A stretch of DNA of 64,000 nucleotides. Origin: Obrimoposthia wandeli (taxonomy: Eukaryota). A program made the position numbers and the translations under genes. This document shows, piece by piece, positions 10,690-22,200 of this stretch (position 1 is its first letter; each line of letters opens with the position of its first letter). Under the pieces are notes generated by a model, which was not told where the DNA came from, ran no database searches, and saw only the letters and a list, made by a program, of their open reading frames with translations. The stretch is taken from NCBI GenBank assembly GCA_977020255.1, contig CDROCS010000678.1, positions 186,001-250,000 on the forward strand, written 5' to 3'.

Positions 10690-10990
10690 GCTTTTTTTAC
10701 GTTTAAATCCACTACCTTCTTGGCTTTCATTTGATTTACCTTTTCTAATCAAATTAGCAACGTTAGGTAAAACATTATCAAGTTCATTAAGTGCATGTTT
10801 CTTAAAAGTTGGTATTAGTGTATTGTCCTTAGATGAAAAGTAGTCTTTTCCTAAATTTGATACAAATCGCCTGAGTCTCTTCAAAAGAGGAAAGGCAAAT
10901 CTACCTAATGTTCTAAGCTAACCGGATCCATACTGTTTACCAACAAAATATGGTAATTCTCCACCTTGTTGGTTTTGACTATAAACTTCA
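10690..10990 (-). pseudogene. Polinton small core/membrane-active protein with QxGxG motifs, interrupted by the BEL LTR
   Basis: VYSQNQQGGELPYFVGKQYGSG*LRTLGRFAFPLLKRL...QEGSGFKRKK: the F.G..Q.G.G..L..L.R.A.PL.K pattern typical of Polinton virion proteins. Confidence 0.7.
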
Positions 10991-10991
10991 A

Positions 10992-11400
10992 TTATTGCTG
11001 GATTCGGGATTCGTCATTTTGTTTTCTTAAATGTATTGTTAAACTTGTCTTGGCCCCGTACGTGAAATCTATTAGTTGTCCGGAATCATCTTTAATATTT
11101 ACTTCAATATTGTTTATAGAAAAGAGAGCAATTGGAAGATACATTGGTTGATCTATACGAATACCGATAACGTCCCCAATTTTAGTTTGAGTTTGAGATA
11201 TCCATATTATTCTCAAAGGTGGAACTCGTAGTCTTTCTACAAGCGTTGGTTCTATTAAATTAGTATAAATATATAAATGATTTGTAGCATTTAAATGTTT
11301 TGCCTTATTTTTAGCTTTAATGGTTTTAATTGTTTGTGTTTCAAATGTATTTCTGTTTAAACTGAGGTTTTTAGCAAGTTTATTATCACATAAAGATCAT
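10992..11400 (-). pseudogene. Polinton minor capsid protein (penton), C-terminal half
   Basis: KLAKNLSL...HLYIYTNLIEPTLVERLRVPPLRII...QPMYLPIALFSINNIEVNIKDDSGQLIDFTYGAKTSLTIHLRK. Confidence 0.75.
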
Positions 11401-11409
11401 CCCAATTTT

Positions 11410-12080
11410 GTGTAAGGAGACGCCACTCAATATCGTCCAACTCAGCAATTATTGAGTGGTTTCTGGCTGGAGTACTGCTACTAGTTGGGAGACTTGGGTG
11501 AGACCGTCCCACCCGTCAAGGAAAGGAGTGAGATTTTCATCCTCATCAAACTCAACTACGATACAGTCGCTGATTTCATTGGCTACAATATCATATGTGA
11601 GAGCAGGAGTCTCACTCGTTGATGAAAAGAGTCAAGTTCTCCTTCTCCTGAGTCGACGGCACGAAACTCGTATCATCCACAGCTGATTCTTTGAAGAGGT
11701 CCTCATCAAAGTCCGGAGCGAGGACTGTCACTGGTTGAGACAACGGGATCATCTTCTTCGTCGATCTCCTTGTTGCTTTCGCTGAAGTTGATTAGCAAGC
11801 TACTGCATTCCACTGAGTACTGTATACCTTATCCCCTCGCTGCCACTGGCGAGAGGTTCATCCAGATACATCGGTTATTGACATGGTGCGTCTCCTTTTG
11901 CTGATGCTTCACCTTCTGCTGGTGCTTCTGCTCATTGACTGACCACTATCGAGTCTTGACTATGTAATTTAATGTATTGCAGCAGTGGGGGTATTAGATG
12001 TATTATATTCTGTATTGGAGAGAGGGATCTTCATACAGCTCCAAATTCATCTACTCGTCTAAGTTGACATTATTGATTTA
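11410..12080 (-). pseudogene. Exon-repeat gene family copy 2 (5' exon), degenerate
   Basis: QYI.L.SQDS and EFDEDENLTPFLDGWDGLTQ motifs shared with the other copies. The upstream CCAATGAGAGCA.GTTATTCA element at about 12148 is also found at about 46425. Confidence 0.6.
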
Positions 12081-12299
12081 TGATTTATGAAAAAAGAAAA
12101 GAGGTATTCTTATTTAACACAAATATCAAACTGACCCTCTTTCATCGTCCAATGAGAGCATGTTATTCAGATAATTTATTTGAAAATTCAAAGCATTTTT
12201 TAGTTTTTTGAATAAGTCTGTGTGTGTATCATGGGGTAGAAAATTATTTTCAATTAATTTATTCAAAAATTGACTTTGTTGACTTAAAAAACCCTTATA

Positions 12300-12741
12300 C
12301 ATTACTTTATATAATTCTTAACGTAATATATAGTAATTTAGTGGTAGTGGTATGGTACTGTCGGTACACGTGAGGATAAATTGGGCAATTTCAGAAGCTT
12401 AATGGTAGGTTAAGAACCGTAGGTACCTGCTTGAAATCACTTTTGATGGAATTCAAGTATCCTATGCGCTAAATTTTTCAATTTCAGCTCACCACCTTGA
12501 CCAATGCATCATCCACCGCCAGTAAACTGCCCTTGAGCAGTTGAAAAGTGTATGTATGCCTCAGGACTTTTATATACAGTTGGAGTAGTAGTGAGTGTAG
12601 ACGGATATAAATAATGAAGTTCGTTAATTTCATGTATTCGGGGGATGAATTAGATTGAACATACATGAATAAAATTTCACTCCACACACATGCACAATTT
12701 TAAAGTAGAGGGACGGATTAAAACAGATACATCCACTTACT
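12300..12741 (+). repeat. Polinton terminal inverted repeat (right end)
   Basis: Conserved ~230-bp block (12335-12570), an AAATTTCACTCCACACACATGC motif and the terminus ...ACATCCACTTACT. The reverse complement starts AGTAAG, as expected for an AG...CT Polinton end. Confidence 0.7.
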
Positions 12742-13153
12742 TATAACTGTCGTTAAATTTTAAAAAAACATCAATACTACAAGTTTTAAGAAAATTGTAC
12801 TGATAGTGGTGACACTCCTTGAGTTCTCTGGCCATTTGATTACAGTTACTAAAAACAATTAAACAATTAACAATAAATTTAAATTGCTGAAACAAGTACT
12901 GTTTGAATTTCCGTGTAATTTAGATCCATACTATTCCAATGCCATTAATATTAATTGAAGTGAAACTAATAACAAGTTTTATTCAACTAAAAAAAAAAAA
13001 AAAGTGCTAATATCTAGAAGACTAGATATTAAAACAAAGTTCATCACATTCTCAATAAACAAGGAGAACAAGGAGAGAGAATAATGCTTCAAAATTTGAC
13101 GTAGTGCAAGGTCATCATCGCAGTTTCACCAGTTAATCTAAGACTTGTTAAGG

Positions 13154-13663
13154 TCAGCCAAGATCCCAGTGTCTGGAAAACCTTCTCCAGGTGTGTCTGA
13201 GCTGATTGAGATCGTATGGATCGCTACATCTTGCATCATGGAGACGTTTTGATACTCGGTGGTAAATTACACAATCCTGTTTCTGATTAGCATTATGCGG
13301 ATCAGCTGAAGCCCACAAATTTGTCTCCAGAAATTCGCTGCCATCAAAGTGTCTCCAACGCGTATTAGCATTGCCTCTCTCATACAACAAATCCGTCACA
13401 TCTGCGAAGTGGGGAATCTGACCAAACAATTCAACGACATTCCCTAAGTCAGTGGGTCGTGGGAGAACTCCATTCAGACTGTGACACTTCTTTATGTGCT
13501 CACAAATCCCGGCCAAATTATAATCAGCAGCGTGGTAACATTTGCCTGTTGTGCTGCTCTTCAAGTACGGGGGTACACATTGACCTGCAACACAGACAAT
13601 CCCCAGAACTATCTTCAACAAGTCAACTAGCAACATCGTATTGGAAATAATGTCCATAAACAA
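13154..13663 (-). pseudogene. Secreted C-type lectin (CTL + PAN-like family) with an internal deletion
   Basis: Signal peptide, CVPPY...KCYH, WASADPHNANQKQDCVIY and LHDARC, fused directly to PYDLNQLRHTWRRFSR, which in paralogues belongs to the terminal exon. The region between is deleted. Confidence 0.8.
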
Positions 13664-14267
13664 AATTTTAATTTATATTTGACACCGTGATTTCTTGTTT
13701 ATGATAAATCCATTTGTTATAGGACAATTGGGACAGTCCCATTGTCAAATTTACGGATTTTCTTCAATTAAATGAAAAGAGAAATAACACAGTTAAAGAA
13801 TTTTCATTTAAAACTGAATTTATATTTTAAAAAGTTGATGCTATAATAGATACAAAATAATTTTTTAATTATGATGTCGCATATTGTCAATGTAAAATAA
13901 TGGTTGTTGGAATTAACATGAATATTTCAATTAGTTAATGGGAATGTTCTATCATTATTCCCTGCATTTGACCATTGCAACAGAACACGCACAACAGATA
14001 AAGCAGTAAGCCAGTAGTGGGATGGCATTATGTTTACAGAATACTTCCAGGAAATCTTACGACCAAAGATGAATAAACAACAACGGATATCAAAATTCAA
14101 TTCACATAACGTTATTGAAATAAAATATATGCTACAAATCGTACTTAGGATTATCTGCTGGTGTGAACCGTTCATCTCTTATACTCCCTCTTATTGAGTA
14201 GTCATATTATAATTATAATTTTGTTAATTTATGCAACATTATGATCTATTCAAGTACACTCACACAG

Positions 14268-15170
14268 TATAACTGTCTAGACAATTCTAGACATTCTAGA
14301 CAACACCTGTAATCTACATCATCACTGAAAGGTGGCACTAACACATGTTAAACAGTACTTCATATGGTAGTATGCAGGGAACATGAGTGTTTGTTTGTAA
14401 TCAACATCTGTTAGCAGGTGTATGGTCGGTCACTCGGCACGACAGGGCACTAGAGGTAGCAGACTTGTATCGTCCAAGTAGGATCATAGGCAGCGAAGTA
14501 AAAGAAAAGAAAGTTGGCCAATGGTGCTAGTTAGTAGGGGAAGTTTCATTGGTGCTGAACGGCACATCGTATTCACTATACGTTTTATTTTGTACTTTGT
14601 CGCTAAATTCGCGACAAAAATGAATTTTTGCATCATAAACCCAATTTTGCCAGCAATATTCCCAAATAAAATGAAGGAAAATAAACGACACGAAAGGTTT
14701 TCAATGTTATTAAAAGAAATGAATTATGTTTGTCAAATATTGAGATGTTATGGGTAAAGTTATTATAACTTCAACGACTTCCATACCGCTTGCGATTTTG
14801 TGTCATATTCTGACATGATGTTAAATATCGTACCGAGTACTGTTCAATAGCAGTTGTACTGGTAAAACAAATAATTATAAGTTCTGGGCATGTAACGTCG
14901 TCCACTTATTCATAAACTCTAAATGTATACGACATGTGGCTTTCTTAATTGAAAGTAAGCAATTTTGATAGGGATAACTGGTGTTGTGGGATAAAAACGG
15001 CTGTAAACTATTTGTTGGGTAGGACATGGACAAGCGGACAAAGATCCTGGTGCTAAGATCTAAGACTGATTGCCTTTACAAATGTTGTAATTTTTTTGCA
15101 AATCGTAATTCAATTCGCTTTTTGAGATTTTCTGTAGTTTTGACGCATATTGACTTACTTTTTAATTTAT
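14268..15170 (+). repeat. Dispersed repeat, near-identical copy at 63101-64000
   Basis: Direct alignment starting TATAACTGTCTAGACAATTCTAGAC. The ORF MVLVSRGSFIGAE... is present in both copies. Confidence 0.9.
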
Positions 15171-15470
15171 GAAAGTTTTGGTCAAAGTAGAAGTACCTTC
15201 AACTGGCTTTTTAAAATTAAAATTAATGTAATTTCTGAATATTGATGCGTGCTTAAACTCAAAAGCCCTGAGCAAAGTAATTAATTCATCACCGAGAAAT
15301 AAATAAAACTGATATATGGTTGAATATATTATATAATTTAACTTAGATTCATGTGTAAGTAATCATTTTGTTATTTTTGAGACGGGAAAACACATATTTG
15401 AAGGTGCAAGTGGTAAATCGTCAAGTTTATCATAAATATTAAGCAGGATAGTCAAGCCGACTTCCATCAA
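15050..15470 (-). pseudogene. Protein-primed PolB fragment, degenerate
   Basis: The reverse strand reads LMEVGLTILLNIYDKLDDLPLAPSNMCFP...LLTHESKLNYII...KLKSKSI..KTTENLKKR...QSVLDLS. Matches 62535-62960. Confidence 0.7.
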
Positions 15471-16870
15471 AAACGAATAAAGAAACTGCTAAATGGAGAG
15501 TAACATACATACATATATTTTACATGACATAAGGTTGTTGCCAAGAGCTAAAGTTATTTTACAGATAATTTTTTTAATATTAATTGACAGATAATTAAAA
15601 AATAAAATAATTCATAAACATTTTTCTTTTTGTTGGGGTTCTGAAAGACAACAAATTTCAATATTTTTTAGACAAAATGGGTTACCCAATTTTCTTTTAA
15701 TATACTTAAATACTGAAATATTACAGAAATAAGTAAAATTAAAATATATTAAAATTGAAACGAAGCCTAAAATTTAAAATTATTCCGTTTAATTTTAGAG
15801 CCACAATAAATGAAAAACATTCTAACAGTTTAATTGAATCACTGAAATGATCGAATAACTGAATACCCAGTTTGCGCCAATCAGAGCTTTCATTAAAGAA
15901 ACTCATGAATTAGTAAAGGTTAATGGCATGATGAGGTTTATGAGTGTGATAAATGTGAAGAAAAAAAGTCACAAGAAAAGTTTGTGTTGATTGAAATTAC
16001 TTTTCTCCCATTTAATCAAAGATTACTACACCGGCCGAACAATTACTACACATTCAAAATGAAGCATTATCTTTGTTAAATCATAAAAAAATTGTGAATT
16101 TGTGGGAATTATCCCTGAGGGCTGAAAATAAAAATTAGTTTTTACATATCTTTGGAGATCATTAGTATTCCTAAATCAGTTTTCCTAAAAATCATACATA
16201 AGCAGAGTACTTTTAGCATATCTTACACATTATTTTATGCAGTTTTTTTTAAATTATCGAACTTCTATTTGTCGGATGCTATTTCGATGCCATTTTGTCG
16301 AGTTATATATTTATTTGAATGTTATTGTTAATATTATTTTATTAACCATAATTCTAAAATTTTTTATTACGATAATTTCTTGAAAACTAAAGAAATGATA
16401 CCATGATTTTAAGCTTTCAAATATATATATATATACAGGTTGTCCCATTGAATTGGAACTTTTTGTTATATTTAAAAATCTTATAGTCTATTAATGCAGA
16501 TATTTAGGTGGTTTTCTATAAAATTATAAACATAATTTTTATAAAAATGTATTCACAAAAACAAATTCACGTTTATTTACATTAAATCTTGACTGAAATG
16601 AATAATAATATAAGCTGATATATTTTCTTCTGAAAATTTACAGCTACTTGATAGTATATTCTTGTTTAAAGAGACTGATAGTTCAACAGCTTCAGATGTT
16701 ATCTGAAATTTCTTTAATATAGCATAAATAGTAGGATATATTTATATTTCCCCCATATCAATTATCGATCCAATGTCATTTGTTGTCAAACTTTTTTGTA
16801 TATAACATTTAATGCCAAATACGTCTTCTTCAATCTCTAAACAATTTATTAATTTATATTCCTCAGTTAT
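15467..16870. repeat. Inverted segmental duplicate of 58605-60005
   Basis: Continuous reverse-complement identity of about 1.4 kb, including the (TA)n-CAGGTTGTCCCATT junction. Confidence 0.85.
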
Positions 16871-17540
16871 TGACATCGTTGATGATTCTAGTTTAACAAT
16901 TAAATTACTTAAATTTATATAATATTTTTGTACAACTGCTTATCTATATCATCATTTTTAATCACAATTTCTTTAGCTTTTAACAACATGATGTCTTTTC
17001 CATCTATATTATTGTTGATAAGTGGTGGCAATTTTTTAACCACATTAAGCCAACTTCCCCATCTAACAATTAGTTAAAATTGGTGTCAAAAGATATAAAT
17101 TGTAGTTAGAATCTTTACTGACACTATTAAATTATCAATATATGAAATTTATTTTTCATTTTTAGAGCACAGTTATGCAATAAATGTGAAACACATGTAA
17201 CATGAAAAAGATATAATAATTTTCATGTATTTGATGCTGAGCACATGTAGCGCACAGCATCTTAAATTAAAAAAGTTAATTCTAGTTATACCTAATTCTT
17301 TAATAGTATCATCAATTGATTGTACTATTGTTTCTGAATTTATAGAACTATTTTTGATTTCATATTAAATTAAATAACCTTATAGGAATTATTTAAAATC
17401 TCAACCAACGTGTTAATGTATATATTAGTATCAATTTCTGATGCATCTATTAGGAGAAAAATATATTAATTTCTTACTCTACTTTTAATTATTATGCTTT
17501 CTGAAATACTAGGAACCACCATCCTACAAGAACTTTTGGA
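16436..17540 (-). mobile_element. Degenerate DNA transposon with a hAT-like transposase relic
   Basis: Reverse-strand relics DAVRYM..., HVTCVSHLLHNCA (CxxH), IVRWGSWLNV and YPTIYAILKKFQITSEAVELSVSL..ILSS..KFSEENISAY (dimerisation-like). A terminal-looking CAGGTTGTCCCATT sits at 16436 after a TA run. No matching second end found. Confidence 0.65.
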
Positions 17541-18274
17541 TCACTATAACATATTTTACAAAATAACTCATTATTTAAAGTTTTTATAAATTCACACTTA
17601 ATTTAATTTAAAATTAAATTTATGTTTACTTCGAGCCTAGCATTTACATAAATATATTTAATATAAATATAATATCAATGAATTAATGTTTATTTTTAGC
17701 ATTTACATTTTTAAAAAATTATTTGGGTAATAAAAATGAAATATTTAAACTAATTTTAAACCTTTAATTATAAATTATAATTGTTTTATTATAAGTTCTA
17801 ATTCTTTTGTTGTAAATTATAATAATATTGTTGAAAAAAACATTTTCTTTGTAATTACAAAAATATGACTTAAGATTTCGTGATAAAATTTATGACTTAG
17901 ATAATACTAAAATAAAATAACATTAAAAATTATAGTTCCAAGTTCACACAAAGAGTTAAAAATAGTCCTGTCCCAAAATCAGTATTTTTTTTAATTATCG
18001 ATATTTCCAAAGGTAAAATATTCCGATCCTTTATTGATGGAAGTAAAGTTCTTTACAAAAGATTAACGAATATAATCAACATGTAAATCGTAACTTAACG
18101 TTCGTATGCACTATAATTTAAAAAAAAATTAAAACAAGCTCAATGTAAATGGAAAAGAATTTTATTTTGGAATAATGACATTTAAAAGTTCTCTGTAGAT
18201 AACCTTCTAACACTAAAATACTTCAAATAATGTCATTATCATAATTATGTCATCCGGTCCAAGGCCAGTTAAGG

Positions 18275-18422
18275 TCACGGTGTCCTTGAGAACCTCTTCC
18301 AGGCGTGTCCGGGCTGATTGAGGTCGTACGGCAGAGCCGCGTCCATGAACATAGCCAGACGACACTGACCCAGCTCTGCATTGTAGTACGCTGCCTTGCA
18401 CTCTTCTCCCGCTGTCAGACAG
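18275..18422 (-). pseudogene. Orphan terminal (PAN/apple-like) exon of the C-type lectin family
   Basis: After a CAG acceptor: CLTAGEECKAAYYNAELGQCRLAMFMDAALPYDLNQPGHAWKRFSRTP*. Homologous to exon 51583-51736. Confidence 0.75.
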
Positions 18423-19393
18423 CTGCATGAAAACCATTATGTTAAAATATAAGTCACCTCACCACAACTGCATACACCAACAACATTGCTTAGGTCCATA
18501 AGCACAAACAACGTTGCTGCATGATATCATGTGGAAGGATGCAAGCTAACAATATATGGCAAATCTTCACGGATTGTAAAAAACTATATTTCAATGTGAA
18601 AGAAGATGAGAAATTGTACAATATGTGAGGTATCACACGATTGGCCTAACGACAGAAAGAAGATGAAATGTAATAACTTACAAACTTGGTTCAGATGCTA
18701 CATTTTTTGAGTGAAATGTGGATCTTTGTATTTAAGAATTATTGATGGATTTTTATTGAATTTTTAGTGGTTGTATCACTTTAATAAATTGGTACACTAT
18801 TTTTTTCGTTATTAGAAAAATATAACTTAATGTGAGTTCCATTTTTAGATATGAGATAAAATCAAAATTTGAAATTCTCGAGTAATTTATTAATTTTGCT
18901 AAACATATTTATATTTATGTTGTCATTAACTTTAACAGTAACATGAAATATTATATTTTGGAAACACTTTTGTTAGTGTTTATACGGAAATAATAAATGA
19001 ATTCAATATTAATGATTTTCATGAAAGTTGCTAAGGGTATGGGAAACAAATGCAACATTGTTATTTATATGGAAAGAAAAAATTCATAGCAGTTCAAGAA
19101 AGCAAAGCATCAACACTTAGTCGACCTTCATTACGGAAAAAGGAATTTGTTTCTAAAGTTGAAACATGCATCGAAAATTACCCTAGAGCAACGATCTGCA
19201 TTATTGAAGAAACCAATGGGATACACATGAAAACAATGAGGATTTTCTTGATTGAATATAATTAGATATGCGACATATTTGTAGTTTTAGAATACCTCAA
19301 ATTGTTATTATTTTGTTATTAATGTGAACGCAATCAATTTTTCAAAGGCCCCATAGGGGCCTCTTCTACTTTACGTAGGTCCAGGTCTCAATC

Positions 19394-19980
19394 TTAGTAT
19401 AGTTGCTGCTGGTCCTTGGTAGCAGTAACAGTAGCTGCTTGGGGTCTCGATTTCGTCATTGGAACTTTGAGTAGGTCCGAGTACTTTTTCAGTACTCTTA
19501 CGTCATCGCCGGGTACAGATATGGGCCCCTCGGCAGTCTGTATTGTAGCGGAGCCACCTTTTTGGCCATTACCCGTAACCGACCGCAGGTCGGTTATCGG
19601 GTACGATTTTTCTCTTGTCCATGTCGAAGTTTTAAAATCTGATTATTATTATTAAAAATTTTTAACAAATTTATTTTGATCTTTGATAAAAGGTTTCTTC
19701 ATATCGAAGTTTCGAACTCTGACCACCACTATTCAAATTTCCTAACAAATCTGTTCGATTGTTGATAAAAGGTCTTTTTTCGGCATACGAATCCGTTGTT
19801 TCCTCTAGATAAGTGTTGTTTTTTGCCATTACAAGTTTGTCGATAATACCATATAGTACTTTTGCGCCTTCCTTGTTGATATCGTAGTTTCGCAGTAACC
19901 CAAAAATATCGTCTTGGGCCCCCTGCAGGAAGTTATAATTACTTCCGTTGTTTACCTGCGCTTTATTATTTTTCTAAGTT
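19394..19980 (-). other. Unassigned coding-like segments (two probable exons)
   Basis: Stop-free, GC-richer frames NNKAQVNNGSNYNFLQGAQDDIFGLLRNYDINKEG... and FKTSTWTREKSYPITDLRSVTGNGQKGGSATIQTAEGPISVPGDDVRVLKKY...QQLY*, separated by an AT-rich stretch ending in CAG. Confidence 0.35.
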
Positions 19981-19984
19981 TTCA

Positions 19985-20630
19985 GATACTCAAGTTATTA
20001 AGATGTTCAAATCTTGATATAGCAGTTAATTTAACAGGAAAATCTATTCCATGATACTACAATTCATTTTAAAAAGGGATATATTTACTGACACGCTCTC
20101 TGTGCTCAGTAATTACATCCCTTTTAAGGATAGCCAACACACTATACAGGAAGCAAAGGTTATCACTGTTTAGTATGTTAACAATGGAACGTGAAAGTTG
20201 TAGAGATCTAGGTGAAGGAATGTATGAACTCACTTAAATATATATCATGTCAGTGAACTTTGTAAGAACAAAGCTAACATCGTGAATTTTAACTAGAGTC
20301 CATCCACTACTTAACTCGCTATAATTAGCAATTTTTTCATCTAGGTTGTTTCTTCCAATTTCAGTTACAAAATTATCATAGAAAACAGTTGCTTTATGTG
20401 AAATTATTCAAGTTTTAGTCTCCTCATTGACATTTTTAAACTGCACTGTTACGAAAAATTGGACCTTATCCTGTCCTAATTTAGTCACTTCTGATTTTAA
20501 AAGATTTTCAATATTTAAATCTACACCTACGTTAAATAAAATTTCATTTCCTAATGGCACCTTAACTATAACATATTTATTATTTAGGGGATACTCTATA
20601 GTAGCACCGTTTTCTCTACGTTTTTTAATG
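19985..20630 (-). pseudogene. Protein-primed PolB N-terminal fragment (copy D)
   Basis: Close nucleotide match to 42740-43380, including SSGWTLVKIHDVSFVLTKF and SIVNILNSDNLCFLYSVLAILKR. Truncated at about 19985. Confidence 0.85.
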
Positions 20631-21722
20631 GGACCTTATTAAAAAATTGGCCTCTCCTCTTTCTTCCTACAGTCGCTGACAAACCTCCCCCTAATTGAAG
20701 GGGAAGACAACTATTTATATTAACAGTTGAGGTGGAAGGTGCTGCTATTGGACATGCTGCCGATGTTGAAACAATCGCAGCTGATGTAGACGATGCTGCT
20801 GTAGTAAGTACTGCCGCAGTTGTAGATGCTGTATTTGGAGTAGTAGCCGACATTGCCGACGAAAAAGCGGCTGTTGTAAAGGATGATGCTGCTGAAATAA
20901 ATATATTAAAAAATAAATATATTTTTAAAAATTATTACCTCTAGGGTGTGCTAACATCGATATAGGCACTCGCGATGGGGGAGGCATAGCTGTCGTAGCG
21001 GATGACGGCTGTATCACAGTATTTCCTGAATAAAAAAATTTAAATAAAAAATATATAATAACAATAATATATAATTAATTAAAAATAATATATATTTAAT
21101 TACAATTTTAAAAAAGAATCTGAAAAATAATAATAAAATAATACCTAATGAAGGCAATCCAACTGGAGCTGGAATGAAGTCCTCTACATTAACGGAATCC
21201 ATCCAGCTGTCGTCCGTTATCTCGACGAAATCGGATTCCCCGATGGTCTCCAACCAGGAGTTATCGCTCCTTGGCTCCATCTCGAAATCTGACTGGGATT
21301 TGTCGTTCATCCACTTGTTATTCATTTGAGTGGATGGAGCAGAATCAGGAGACGGGAGACCAATCGCAGGACCGTAAACGGGTTGATCGACTGCGACTGA
21401 AATTGGAGCAGGTGCAGCCTGTGAATCGCGCAACAATTGCACGATATCCCTCTTCTTGTGTTGGCCGTGAAACATGATAGGTGAACTCGATGTTTACCGA
21501 AGAAGTCTCGAAACTCCTTCTCCTCCATTGTTCTGCAGAAGGGGCAGACGAAGAATTGAAGCCCGCGAGACTTTGTCCGATAGTAGGTGGACATTATCTC
21601 CATGCAGGACTCTCCTCCATGTGGAGCCGAAGCACCACAATATGCTGGAAACAGGATACAAGTAATCTGAAATAATAAATATTAATAAAGAAATAATAAA
21701 TATAGATTCTTACCATGGTCAT
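20596..21722 (-). pseudogene. Spliced 4-exon Zn-finger/acidic-repeat/Ala-Ser-Thr gene upstream of PolB (copy D)
   Basis: TATA box, then exons 21714-21722, 21145-21666, 20939-21025 and 20596-20891 with GT-AG introns of 47, 119 and 47 nt (phases 0, 1, 1). Contains CPFC...H..H, acidic W/F repeats, QLGGG and RKRR. One frameshift near 21475. Confidence 0.75.
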
Positions 21723-21909
21723 TATTTCAAATAGTCGGGGATTTTAATGAAGAAAGTGTTTGCTTATATACTAAAAGTTATGCACACATGCTCTTTTCCT
21801 AAAAAAAATTGAGAAGGATTGTTTATCTGTTAAATGGTCTAAAAAAATATTTTTTATTCCTCCAATCAAAAGAATTATTTATAATTGAATGAAAATTATG
21901 AATTAGAAG

Positions 21910-22200
21910 AATCGTTTATCTACATGTCAAGTAATGATAAGATAGACTTAAACATTTTTTTATATGCGCAATGGTCACCATGATTACGATATGGACAGCA
22001 AATATCAGTATTTTGGGTTCAATTTTTATTTGTTTAACAGCATGCAATAAATCAGCAAGAATTGTTAACTGGTCTAGCTCCTTTATTGTTTCCTTATTTT
22101 TAGAGCGTCGTTTCAGCTTATCCTTAAGGTACTTACTCCATTTACCTAACACTTTAACTTTGGTTATTGATTAAGCATTAATATTATCTCGTGCATCAAT
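21910..22200 (-). pseudogene. Polinton accessory ORF (C-terminal CCPYRNHGDHCAY motif), 5'-truncated copy
   Basis: Nucleotide homology to 44500-44700. The frames give VLGKWSKYLK... and DICCPYRNHGDHCAYKK. Confidence 0.6.

Noticed and set aside
18590-18760. Cys-rich relic resembling a piggyBac C-terminal domain (RNCTIC...FRC..KCG)
   Set aside because: Too decayed; no DDD domain or TTAA-flanked ends nearby.
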